Assembly: GCF_001194135.2 (NCBI RefSeq)
Contig: NC_068992.1
Location: 64,065,116-64,129,115 of the forward strand
Source of the DNA: Octopus bimaculoides
Lineage: Eukaryota
Reading direction: 5' to 3'
DNA length: 64,000 bases
Positions 1-11,944 of this stretch are shown here, piece by piece. The notes beneath the pieces were generated by a model that saw nothing but the letters and a program-made list of their open reading frames with translations, was not told the origin of the DNA and ran no database searches. Positions within the stretch are counted from its first letter, which is position 1, and each line of letters opens with the position of its first letter. A program made the position numbers and the translations under genes.

Positions 1-1069
1 TTGGTCTCCTGAGCACGTATGTTCCTGATTAAGTGTGAACAAAATTTGTATTTTGATGGTGATGACAGGCTAAAGCAACATGTCTACATTTTACGAGAAG
101 AACAACTATTACATGAATTTATAAAACCTCTACAACCTTCTTTCAAATATGATACCAAAAGAGCCACACAACTAAATGTCCGCATTAAACTAGATAGATG
201 TCAATGACAATGATGGTTCTCCAATCAATTCCAGTTACTCTACCAACTATCTGACCATGAAATCGGTCATAACAACAACATATTTGAGAAAAAAATCTAT
301 TGAGTAGCTGTCAGGATTTTTTAAAATGCAAAAACCGTATTTATGGTATTAATTCTTAAAATAGAAGTTTATATTTAGACACTGTGTGCTGAAACATGGA
401 AACATTCACAAAAAGATAAAGAACAGATTCATACTATAGATTTCCAGTTAGTTTTGTTGTTTTTTTCTTCTTTATTAGTCTTTCTCATTGTCTTCAACAA
501 TGGTAGGTCTTTACATATCAAATGAGCTACATCAACTTAAAAAGTAACAATTACTTTTGTTTTAATTATCTGTATATGTACTTTTATCCTTATATCTGGG
601 TTGATCTATCCAGGAAATAATGTTATGCAGAATCTCTGCAGTTTTATGATATTAGCACCTATTAGTTCAAATCAATTTTTAAAAAAAAAGTTTACATCCA
701 TAGCAAAATCTAGAAAAAGCTAAAAAGCATTGTGATAGGATTAAAAAAAAAAAATATTGTCAATCTTGAATTAGAGATAAAATTGAATATTTTAAACACA
801 AGGTTCTGCTCTAATGCAACATAAGTCACATCACTGGTGTGACTTATGTTGCATTTACTTATATTGCAAATATGTATTTACTGAGTAAACATTAACACAT
901 GTTAGTGTGTAAGAAAGATAATATCTATAGGTCTGCTCAATTCGAGTTGACCTGGGGTTAAACAACTACCAAGTATCAGTTCTTGTATTACACTTAAAAT
1001 GAATCAGGCCAACACTAGTGTTCTAAATTTCTAAGTCATTATATGACTTCAGAAATTTGGGTGATACAT

Positions 1070-1146
<77 letters not shown>

Positions 1147-1678
1147 TGTGTGTATATATTCTTGTATCACCCATAATTCTTATTTTTAAAAAAAAGGTTG
1201 ATTCTTTATTCAAGGTTAATGATGTAATTATATTTTGAAAAAACACCAACAATAGTTTCAGGGAAAGAAAAAGCTTGTGAAAAATCTCATTATGAACTTT
1301 TCAATCTAATGACAATGGAAGAATGATTCCCTTGTCAGTATTAGGATAACTGGATATTAACAAACAGGGTTTCAGTACATAAATTGTTTTTTTTTTCTCT
1401 AATTAAAAACAGTTGCTTTTTATGGCTTTGGCATGTTAAAGTTATAACACTGCCAATAATAAAAATATGAACACGCATGTACGTACTTCTACATGGTTAT
1501 CTATATATGTATAAACACACAGATCTACAAAAATACACTGATATATCAACCACATATCTCACACAAATCATAAGAAAAAAATATTTAGTTGTTATGTTCA
1601 CAATTAGCATTTATACAATGAAATGTATGTTTTCAGAAAGTCAATAAAATGAAGAAAAAAGCTGAAGGAAGTGTTTAC

Positions 1679-1740
1679 CTGCGCCAACTGGTGTCTGGAG
1701 GAAGTGATAAGTAAGTTGCTCCATAAGGTGAGCAATCAGC
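1679..1740 (-). CDS. CRTC: CRTC coding exon 4 (runs up to the SIK/AMPK-14-3-3 site motif; next exon not in window)
   Basis: ADCSPYGATYLSLPPDTSWR(R), compared with human CRTC1 [21 protein letters not shown]. Boundaries CTCCAG|GCT and CAG|GTAAAC; 62 nt, ends in phase 2. No TNSDSAL exon found in 1-1678. Confidence 0.95.
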
Positions 1741-2367
1741 CTGGAGATTAAGTTAAAGAAAATAATGGAAATATTGATATCTGAAAGAAAAACAATCATA
1801 CTAAACATAGAACCTTTAATTTTTGGAACAGAAAATCAAGAATATGTGAGGGTCATACTTTTCTCAATGGCATTAGTAACATGGATGAAATGAAATAGCT
1901 ATAACTGGGAAGCAAAACCAAGTAGATGATTCAGAATTTGGAAGTTTGTTTCTATGATAGTCAATAAAGGGGAAAACTATATTGATTTTTAACTTATGCA
2001 AAAGGCTATTATTTTGAGAAGGGGGTTTAATTAGGTTATATTAACCCCAGCATTTGAGTGATACCTTATTTTACTGAACTCAGAGAGAGGAATAACAATT
2101 TTAACCTCGGTCAGAAGATTGAAACTGAGAAAGTAATGAGATGACATTAGATACTACCTGTCAAATATTAAAACTTTTACAGGAGAATTAGGCATAGGCG
2201 TGGCAAGAAGCTTGCTTCCCAAAAACATGGTTCCGGGTTCAGCCCCACTGCATGGCACCTTGGGTAAGTGTGTTCTGCTATAGCCTCGGTGCAACCAAAG
2301 CTTTGTGAGTGGATTTGGTAGACGGAAACTGAAACAAGCCCGTCGTATATATATGTGTGTGTGTGTG

Positions 2368-2775
2368 ACCTGGGATGAGGTAGTGAAGCACGACCTTTGA
2401 ACATTAGGCCTCACCGAGGCAATGACTTCTGACCGAGACCTTTGGAAATATGCTGTGTGTGAGAAGACCCGGCAAGTCAAGTGAGACCAAAATCCAAGGC
2501 CACTTGTGCCAGTGACACGTGAAAAGACATTCGAGCGAGATCGTTGCCAGTGCCGCTGGACTGGCTCCTGTGCAGGTGGCACGTAAAATACACCATTTTG
2601 AGCATGGCCATTGCCAGTACTGCCGGACTGGCCTTCATGCCAAGGGCATCCAGCTGTAGAAACTGCCAAATCAGAATGGAGCCTGGTGTAGCCATCTGGT
2701 TCACCAGTCCTCAGCCAAATTGTCCAACCCATGCTAGCATGGAAAGCGGACGTTAAACGATGATGATGATGATGT
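2368..2775 (+). mobile_element. RTE LINE 3' end with (GAT)n tail, nested inside a SINE-A copy
   Basis: Encodes VVKHDL*TLGLTEAMTSDRDLWKYAVCEKTRQ followed by a 3'UTR and GATGATGAT. The same family recurs reversed at about 20520-20830, 29935-30324, 35320-35600, 44420-44690 and 48450-48665. Confidence 0.75.
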
Positions 2776-4049
2776 ATATGTATGTATATATTTGTGTATC
2801 TGTATTTGTCCCCTCATCATTGCTTGACAACCGATGTTGGTGTTTACGTCCCTGTAACTTTGCAGTTCGACAAAAGAGACTGATAGAATAAGCACTAGGC
2901 TTACAACAAATATGTCCTGGTGTCGATTTGTTTGACTAAAGGCGTTGCTCCAGCATGGCTGCAGTTACATGACTGAAACAAGTAAAGAAAAGAATAAATA
3001 TTTTATGAATGTGTACACACACACAAAGATGTTGCTTTATTCCACAACTATAAAAATGGAAACTTGGAGTAGCAGCTGAGTGAAGATTCAGTATTGAATA
3101 AATGAATGAACTCTCAAAGCACTCTATACATGAATAGAGTACGTTTTTCATACACACATTTAGAATATATTCAGTAGAGTCTATTTGTTTGAAGTTGATG
3201 AGTCATCTCATCACAATTTTAAGCTTATAATCTGTTGCCTAAATAAACAAGAATATGTGAATGCACAAAAGCAATAAAATACTTCAAACACATATAAACC
3301 ACATACCGCATTTTCCAACATGCAAGTCAAATTTTTCAGACCAAAATTTACAGAAAAATAAAAAAAATGGTTGATTTACATAACCAAGACAACTTTGGAA
3401 GACCAAAAATTCCATGTGAAATGCAGTAAGATTTGGAAAGATGATGTTTGAATGATTACACTACATACTATGTTAACTTATATGATAGAAAATAAGATAT
3501 ATTGTCACCATCATCATTTTATGCCCATTTTTATGTGCTGGCATGGTTTGGTTGGTTCAACAGGACCTGATGAGTCACAGGAACAGATATTGCTCCAATA
3601 TCTCAGTTTTGGCATGGTTTCAGTGATTGCATGTCCTTAAGAACACCAACACACACACATATATATATTTGTTTTTCCATGCTAGCATGGGTTAGACAAA
3701 TATATTACTGAAGCACTGTTTTACACAACTGGATGTACTTCCTGTTGCTAACCTTTAACTGTTTTTCAAGTAATTTTTGACGAAGGAAATGACAAGAATA
3801 TCACCACTTGCAGACTCTTGGAGAAGTGCAATATAGACACATACATACAGGTACAGAGTTACAAACATACACATATATATATATATATATACAAACATAC
3901 ACATATATATATATATACAAACATGCATACTTCATCATCATCAGTACCTTTGCAATAGAAGAGTTATTCGACCAACATGTGCAATATTAACAACCTATGA
4001 CAATTCATAAAAAACATTATGCCGAATTTTGCATTACTTATTAGAAAAC

Positions 4050-4122
<73 letters not shown>

Positions 4123-4714
4123 TACGTGTGTGTATATATATATATATATTTGTTACAAATGCATGTCACCGTCATTCATTTCCTCTTGAAAACATGTCTA
4201 ATGACCAAGAAATATTACCTTGCTTGGAAAAGAGTGAGTGTTAACAAGAAAGGTATACAGCCATAGAATATCTGCCTCAATGAAATGTTTCACACAAGCA
4301 AACATGCAAAACTGGTTGTTATAAAGATAATCATTATATATATATATACACACACACACAGATGAGTGGAGTTGTAGTAGAGAAGGGTAAGTGGCTTTAC
4401 TTTATGTCAGCTATTGACAGGCTCAAGTGCGATAGAGAGACAGGTACATGTGTCTTGCTATAAAAGAGATACATGGTTAATTTGCATTACATAAGAAATG
4501 GTGGGACTAGCTGCAAGATGATGTCAGGACATATTCTCAAGGTACAAGAAGGCGAGTACAAGAGAAAGTAAGGATCAAGGATTAGGAAGGGTGTGTGGAT
4601 ATGTTCAAAAGAGTGTGAGAAGATAGTGAGGAATCGTTAGAGATTGGGCCATTGTCCAATTTGCTTTATTATCTCCTTCCAACTGAGGGTTGGCAACAGG
4701 AAAGGCATTAGATT

Positions 4715-5115
4715 TAAGAAGGAAGAATGTTACAATCGAGGTGAATCACAATGACATTTTTGTGAGCAGTTTGACAGACCACGCCTTTCTTTTGCTGGGC
4801 TCAAATCTCCTTTGCAAACCCATGGAAAACGAACCTCCACCAACTATTTTGCCTATATGTCTGTGCACACCTTTCAACGCAATGTATACCAGAAGGGTTG
4901 CAAATCTAACGGAGGCCTCAAAAGACATTTTAAGATCCACAAAGAACTGAACTTATCTGCAGCTCTTGGTGGTTCAAATCGGACATGCAATCTATGTGGG
5001 TGTCTTTTCAAAACATTGTCTGGTTTAAAAAGCCACATCAGATGCCATGATGCTTCTAAGGTGGAGGTACAGGAGGGGGTCAGACTCTGCATAAGGAGTA
5101 GACAACCACCATATA
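4715..5115 (+). mobile_element. 3' fragment of the same RTE-zinc-finger LINE family, antisense within CRTC intron 3
   Basis: Aligns by eye with 43852-44250, including CCATGGAAAACGAACCTCCACCAACTATT, CNLCGCLFKTLSGLKSHIRCH and the ATAAGGAG(T/C)AGACAACCAC tail. Confidence 0.88.
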
Positions 5116-5789
5116 TACATCATACTTAATCATGTTTCTCTGCATCACTACCTGCATATCAGCTCACCTGGATTTCTCTTATAGCCACTCTTTACCCCAT
5201 AGACCCAGTCCTCAATAAAAATTTCTAAGATTAAGTTTAAATCATTTGAGCACTTGTACGTTATTTTCTGGACATATAGAAAATATACGGACATTAAATG
5301 ATGATGATGCTTGTGTGTAAATATTATTTAGAATAAAAGTTTGCAAAATGATTTCTGAGTAAACTTCTCACAACAATTTGCCTTAATTGAGTATCTCTGA
5401 CTGTCACTCAGTTTGTTGTTTTAGTTTATCTCTGCCACTGTGACTGATGTGAAACACATAGCATTTTATTATATGCAAGATAAGATTTAAGAATGCAGAA
5501 TGAACTTTAAAATATATATTGATATCCTTCTATCATTTACTCTCTCCCTCTCTTAAACTGCTTCTGGGTTTTTAAAACATTTTACCTACATACCTGCTCT
5601 TTGTTTTTCTCTTCCTCTTTCTGTCTTTCTACCTCCCACTATCTCATACTCTGTCTCTCTCCATATATCTCCAATTCTTTCTCTCTCTTTCTATATATTC
5701 TCTTCTCAGTAAGATTTCTCTTTCATACCTAATATCATACCTACACCTGTATCTCTTCAACTCTCTCTCTCTCTCATATATGTATATAT

Positions 5790-5820
<31 letters not shown>

Positions 5821-5907
5821 CATAAACACAAAAATACATATATACAAACATAAAAATACAACTTCAAACACTAAAGTGTTACTTATAAAGAAAAAGTATA
5901 TATATGT

Positions 5908-5976
<69 letters not shown>

Positions 5977-6156
5977 CACACACACACACACACAGACACA
6001 TAGCATATTGTATCCCACCTTGTTTCACATTTATATATATGCATACATTTTCATCATCATAATCACCATCATCGATGATGATGATGAAAATGTATGCATA
6101 TATATAAATGTGAAACAAGGTGGGAAAAAATAGTACTCAAATATTAGAGGTAGAGT

Positions 6157-6346
6157 AATATGCTTTATTGTTAAAGCTGCAAAAACATCACAAAACCTGC
6201 TACTCAGAGTTTTACATTTATTGGACAGTTATGACTGGGAATTCTCAATCACAACTATCCAATGAACAGGAACGTGAAACTCTGAGTAGCAGTTTTTTTG
6301 GGATATTTTTGGGATGTTTTTGCAGCTTAAAATAATAAAGTGTGTT
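6157..6346. mobile_element. Foldback/MITE-like palindrome in CRTC intron 3
   Basis: CTTTATTGTTAAAGCTGCAAAAACATC...CTGCTACTCAGAGTTT pairs with AAACTCTGAGTAGCAG...GATGTTTTTGCAGCTTAAAATAATAAAG, centred on GAATTC. Confidence 0.75.
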
Positions 6347-6347
6347 T

Positions 6348-6765
6348 AGGCGTAGGAGTGGCTGTGTGGTAAGTAGCTTGCTTACCAACCACATGGTTCA
6401 GGGTTCAGTCCCACTGCGTGGCACCCTGGGCAAGTGTCTTCTACTATAGCCTCGGGTCAACCAAAACCTTGTGAGTGTATTTGGTAGATGACAACTGAAA
6501 GAAGCCCGTCGTATATATGTATATATATATGTGTGTGTGTGTGTATATGTTTGTGTGTCTATGTTTGTCCCCCCACCATCGCTTGACAACCGATACTGGT
6601 GTGTTTACGTCCCCGTAACATAGCGGTTCAGCAAAAGGGACTGATAGAATAAGTACTAGGTTTACAAAGAATAAGTCCTGGGGTTGATTTGCTCGACTAA
6701 AGGCGGTGCTCCAGCATGGCCACAGTCAAATGACTGAAACAAGTAAAAGAATAAAAGTAAAAGAA
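6348..6765 (+). mobile_element. Full-length tRNA-derived SINE (family A) with a central TA/TG microsatellite
   Basis: Head AGGCGTAGGAGTGGCTGTGTGGTAAG...GGTTCAGTCCC, core GGCACCCTGGGCAAGTGTCTT, tail GACTGAAACAAGTAAAAGA. Further copies at about 2190-2995 (split), 17555-17713(-), 34203-34618, 38138-38290(-), 48690-48860(-), 50225-50770, 51170-51594(-), 52915-53079(-), 61118-61300 and 63055-63420(-). Confidence 0.9.
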
Positions 6766-7747
6766 TATATATGTATATAACCCAGTACAATCTGTTGCAC
6801 AGTCAGGTTGTCAGCAGGTAAACTGGCAAGCCTACTTTGTAAGGAAGGTGGTTTTCTTTGGACACCCGGCCAGATAAAACCCTGTCAAAGGGCAGATTAA
6901 CTCAGTAGTGTCAACAGCCATCCAATAGCTAGTAATTTCCATAACCTTCCCAGATGTGTACATTAGGTGTGATCATGCCTTGAGAATAACAGAGACATTA
7001 GCTGTGTTCCCAGCCATGTCAATCCTGACTTTGTGATACAGTTTAATCCTTCTGATATCAACATACCTGAAACTCCCTGGCTCTTATGATACAAATTCGC
7101 TGCTTTAAAGCAAACTAAATCAAAAACCATCTGCCAAAATTTCATGTTAATTTACGTTCCAAAAACCATCTTAATTATGACAATTATTGTATTAAATTCT
7201 TCATAATTTTCAAAAAATATAGAAATGATGGCAGTGAATTAAAATAGAAATATGATAACAAAAGGGTTAATATCATTGGTTTCAAATTTAGGCACAAGGC
7301 CAGCAATTTGGGGTTAGGAGTAAATCAATTACATCAACCCTAGTGTTCAACTGGTACTTATTTTATCAACCCCAAAAGGATGGAAAGCAAAGTTGACCTC
7401 AGTGGAATTTGAACTCAGAACATAAAGGCAGATGGAATGCCTCTAAGAATTTTCGCCTGGCATGCTAACAATTCTGCCAGCTCATTACTTTAACCCTTTT
7501 GCATTCAGATTACTCTATCAAATGTAATGCTTACTGATTCACAGTGTTTTAATTTAATCATGCATTATCTTGCAGCTTCAAGATTATGATGATGCAATTG
7601 ATTTTAGAATGACATTGTATGGTAGGTGTGAGGGGCCAGATGTACCTGGTTTGGACAGAAAACAAGTAGAATATTTAGGCTGGATACAGCCAATTTAAAT
7701 GCTAAAGGGTTAAGAGCTATTATTAATATCATTAAACAGCAAATGAA

Positions 7748-7958
7748 GGCAGCGAGCTGGCAGAATCGTTAGCACACTGTGCAAAATGCTTAGTGGCATT
7801 TCATCTGTATGTTCCAAGTTCAAACTCTGCCATAGTCAACTTGCCTTCCATCCTTTCAGGGTTGATAAATTAAGTACCAGTCAAGTACTAGGGTCAATGT
7901 GGTCAACTATCCCCCTATCCACAAGTTCAAGGCCTCATGCCTATAGTAGAAAGGATTA
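7748..7958 (+). mobile_element. tRNA-derived SINE (family B)
   Basis: GGCAGCGAGCTGGCAGAATCGTTAGCA...TTGCCTTCCATCCTTTCAGGGTTGATAAATTAAGTACCAG...AGTAGAAAGGATTA. Other copies at 7290-7483(-), 11945-12149(-), 13670-13870(-), 34725-34938(+), 47985-48130(-), 58880-59005(-) and 63510-63675(-). Confidence 0.88.
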
Positions 7959-8840
7959 TCAAACAGCAAATACAAGAGAAATGCCACAACCATTCCCCTC
8001 CTTCTTCTCTTAGTACATATATAAACAGGAAAATAGCTGGTGGAAAGTAAATTGCTATATACAAGGTCTTGTTTCTTTGTTTAGTTTCTTTTTCCAACCA
8101 TGAGAAAATATTTAAAAACTAAACCAAGACACAATATTTAAATAGAGAATAGCTTAATTCTTTTATCGCATTTTTACTACACCTTTTATACAACAGACTA
8201 TGAAAGCAGACTGGTTTTAGTGCAGATCTATTGACTTCTATAGGTCAATGTTTCATTGCCATCTTACATGTAAGCTAAAACTCATTATTTCTCTACAGCC
8301 TAACATGACCCAGCAATATTCGGTCAAATAAGCATAAATAAATAAAATAGTAGCATGTGTACAGAGGAGGCAGTGTGAAAAAGTTATCAGAAATGAAATG
8401 TTTACAACAGATTTTCTGTATCAATACTGCATCAGTTGTGCTTATTCTACACAAAATGGTTTCCATGATGCAGTAAAAAATAATAATAATATCAAAGGAT
8501 GGTGATATTGTGCTGTTTATTCTGCTTCATTTTGAGTTTGTTTCTGCTTTCTGAGAAAAAGTAGAAAAAATCTTCAACATAGATAAGAGAAGCAGATTCA
8601 GCACTGCAACACTGTCTCATCTTATAAATCAAGACTTACAAAAAGAAATGAAAATATGTGATGATATCGAAGAGAAAAGTAAATAAATGAATAAAGTGTA
8701 GATTAACATAACATACAACTTGATGATAACGATAATCACATATGTTCCATATACATAAATATATATATATATATATATANNNNNNNNNNGGTAGGTAGGT
8801 AGATAGACAGACAGATAGATAGCTAACACATTCCACAGTT

Positions 8841-8883
<43 letters not shown>

Positions 8884-9901
8884 GAAAATATATTGGGGAT
8901 CACACACACACACAACGAAATATCTTTTTCAAATTTAAGCATTTTTTTTAGAGTACTAATTAAAAAAAAATGACATCAATGAAAGGACTGGTTGAACTGA
9001 TATGCAAATATAAGCTGGATAATTTTGGGCATCCTTACAATAATACATAAATTAAAATAGCATAGGCAGGAGTTGGGCAGGTTGTAGAAACACAAATAGA
9101 ATCAAATATTGATATAAGCTGAGGTAGATAATTTATAAAAACCAAGAATAGGATTACAAAGGGAAAAAAAAACTAATTTTGGATCAACTTAAGAAAACAA
9201 AGTATTTAGAAATTATGGTAAGGCAGATAATATTTAAATTAAAAATGAGTTGTTTTTTTTATCTCATTTTTGTCATTTGTTTTAGAGAAGAGATGCATTG
9301 AAGCAGATTGGTTTTAGAGAAAATATATTGGCTTCTAGCAGTCAATGTTTCATAGCATTTTACATGCCTCTTAAAACTAAATGAAATTCTTTTAGCAGAG
9401 ATACACATCACTGGTTAAGAATAAAGACACACACAGTGAGAAAACCTTTAAATATCAATATATTGAAGAAGAGTGAAAGAAATCTCTTAATCACCTGTAT
9501 ACAAAATTTCTAGTATATCTAATTAGGATCATCTTCCTGCATGCAGAAGCTGTCAAGGACCATTAACATATTGCATTTACAAGATCTCGAGTTAATACAC
9601 TGCAAAGTGCCACTTTGTAGTAGACACACTGCTAGCCAAGTGGACTGGAGCAACATGAAATGAAATGCCTTATCCGAGGATACAAATGAACTCATAATCT
9701 TAGAAACATGAGTCCAACAAGCCTAACCACTAGGCCACATTCAATAAGCCATGCAATAAAAACAAAGATAATAGCAGATGATAGAATTAGTAGAGTATTG
9801 TACAAAACACCTGGTGGTATTTCATTTTGCTCCAGCCAACTTTGCCTTCTATCCTTCTGGACCCAGTAAAATCAGTACCAGTCATACCAGTCAAGAAATA
9901 C

Positions 9902-10006
9902 CTGTGGTTCCCAACCCTTTTATTTAAATGAGTTTTCCCATGGACCCCTTTTAATATGCTTACCCTTAAATGTATGTGTGTGTGGATCCCAGGTTGGAAA
10001 CCACTG
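9902..10006. mobile_element. Short hAT(Charlie)-like MITE
   Basis: Ends C(T)GTGGTTCCCAACC and GGTTGGAAACCACTG. No matching 8-bp TSD. Confidence 0.5.
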
Positions 10007-10875
10007 AAGGCAGAGCCCCAGCATGGCCACAGTCCAACGATTGAAACTACTATAGGGATACTAAGAGCACAGCTTAATTTATAACTTCAGTTCATACATA
10101 GGTTACATGCCTACATTTCCAGTAAGTCAAATACCAATACATTTAGATCACACCAGGAACAATATAACACCTTTTGACACATTTATGCTACCAAATTCTC
10201 CAGACACATGAAAACACATAGTGTAAGTTAGCAACAACAATTTTGTGGCACAATTTTGGTCACAATTTTGTGATGCTTTGTCAAGTAAACTTAGTGCATT
10301 CAACAGAAACAAATCCATCTCAAACTGACCAATGTTTCCAACTGAATTATAGTATCAAGCATACATATACAAACTGGTCAGCTAGTTTGTATATATGTAT
10401 GCTTGATGTAAAACGCCCTTGGCTGTTATGATGCAACTGGCTCCTACAGAACAGTGTTCAGGAATGGTTCCAGAACAAACAACAACATTTACATAGTCAC
10501 TTGATTTGTAAGAAATAGCATACTGAAACCATACAGTGCTGTCTTAAAATAAAGAAGTACATATTAGAATATGCAGTCTTAGAAAATTAAAATCTGAAAA
10601 AGACAAGATGGACCTGACTACAACACCTTAATTATAGGTTTACTCATTCAGGTTGGTTTGAAGAACAACAATGAGACTAAGTCAGATATTTAACATGTAA
10701 GACCTATTGACTCAGTTTTTAAAGCATTTTATCAGCTACCTCTTAGAGTTGACCAAAGCTACATATTATCAAACATTTAGTAAAGAATATATCAAAATAC
10801 TACAGAAAGAATAAATATACAAACATCAAAGTTTTGATTTGAAACAAAATAAAAATTAATTTTGGCAAAGGATAC

Positions 10876-10980
10876 TCGTGTTGGAAATGCACGACCTCGC
10901 TGTTGTACTAATCCTTGTCTAGAGCGATCACGTGGACCAGCTCTGCCTTGTTCAATGTCTTTGAGGTTTTGCAGTGCAGT
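10876..10980 (-). CDS. CRTC: CRTC coding exon 3
   Basis: TALQNLKDIEQGRAGPRDRSRQGLVQQRGRAFPTR. Good acceptor CTATTTCTTACAG|ACT, donor CGA|GTATCCTTTG; 105 nt, in frame between exons 2 and 4. A CpG-retaining island in otherwise CpG-poor intron sequence. Confidence 0.88.
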
Positions 10981-11152
10981 CTGTAAGAAATAGAAGGTAA
11001 GACAACTTTTTTGTGTGTGTGTGCCAATTTAAATAAAGTGCAATCCTAAGACCTGTTTAATAAATTCTAATCAGGAAAAAATTGTGAAATGTTTAGGTTC
11101 ATATATTAATATCGTTATCCTATTTTTCTTTGATTTATAAAAACTAAAAAGT

Positions 11153-11184
<32 letters not shown>

Positions 11185-11944
11185 TAAAATCTAAACAACA
11201 AATATACTTTGAATATATGTTACAAAGGCCTCAATACAGCTAGATAAACACTCTCTAAGACTGAGCTCTCCATTTATAATTATGTTGTAGTTATTATGTG
11301 TTGATACAAATTCATTCATTTTTTTAATGCTATTCTAGGATAGTGAGGAATATTGATTCTCTCATCAATGCTTTTCTGAAATACGAATATCAACAAAATA
11401 TGCTTGTGTGACAAGGAAGTTGAATCTCTCCTGAATCTGATATTTTTGAATTTTATAACTAGACCAATGAGAAATATGATTCTTACATCAACTTTTCCAT
11501 GCTAAGAATCATATATTCATTCACACATAATTATATTACATAGACACACAGGTTATGAGTGAGATTATACATGTTGCAGCTGTTATGTAGTTTCTCTAGA
11601 CATGCCTCAGTTCTACATGTGGAGAAATAGCTACATCTTATGGGAATGTTACCTGCAACAAGCAGGTAGTCTATCCAAGAGCTGTTTTATCTATCATCTG
11701 CTTAGCACTAATTAATTTATAACTAAGCAACAGCTCATGACTGAGAAGTTGAGGGGACATGGAGACACACACACAAATAATGCATCCAGAAATTGTAATG
11801 GCAGAATGTGTGTGCATGTGTGTGTGTGTGTGTGAAAGAGAGAGATGACTAGAAGTAGTGGAATTTAATGAAAGCTCAAGTTCAAATCAATATAATGTTG
11901 TAAATATGGAAATAACAAGGATAATGATTCTTTACATTGTAATT

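Larger units (their letters stand above)
1741..10875 (-). other. U12-type (minor spliceosome) GT-AG intron, CRTC intron 3, 9135 nt
   Basis: 5' splice site GTATCCTTT (10875-10867) matches the U12 consensus RTATCCTTT. Branch site TTCTTTAAC (1760-1752) lies about 12 nt from the AG, with no polypyrimidine tract between them. Confidence 0.9.

Noticed and set aside
19-207. 62-aa ORF at the window start
   Set aside because: No recognisable motif and not the expected CRTC exon 5 (no TNSDSAL on the minus strand); possibly a decayed TE.
5644-6133. [18 protein letters not shown]-type ORFs here and throughout the window
   Set aside because: These are translations of (TA)n, (TG)n and (CA)n microsatellites.
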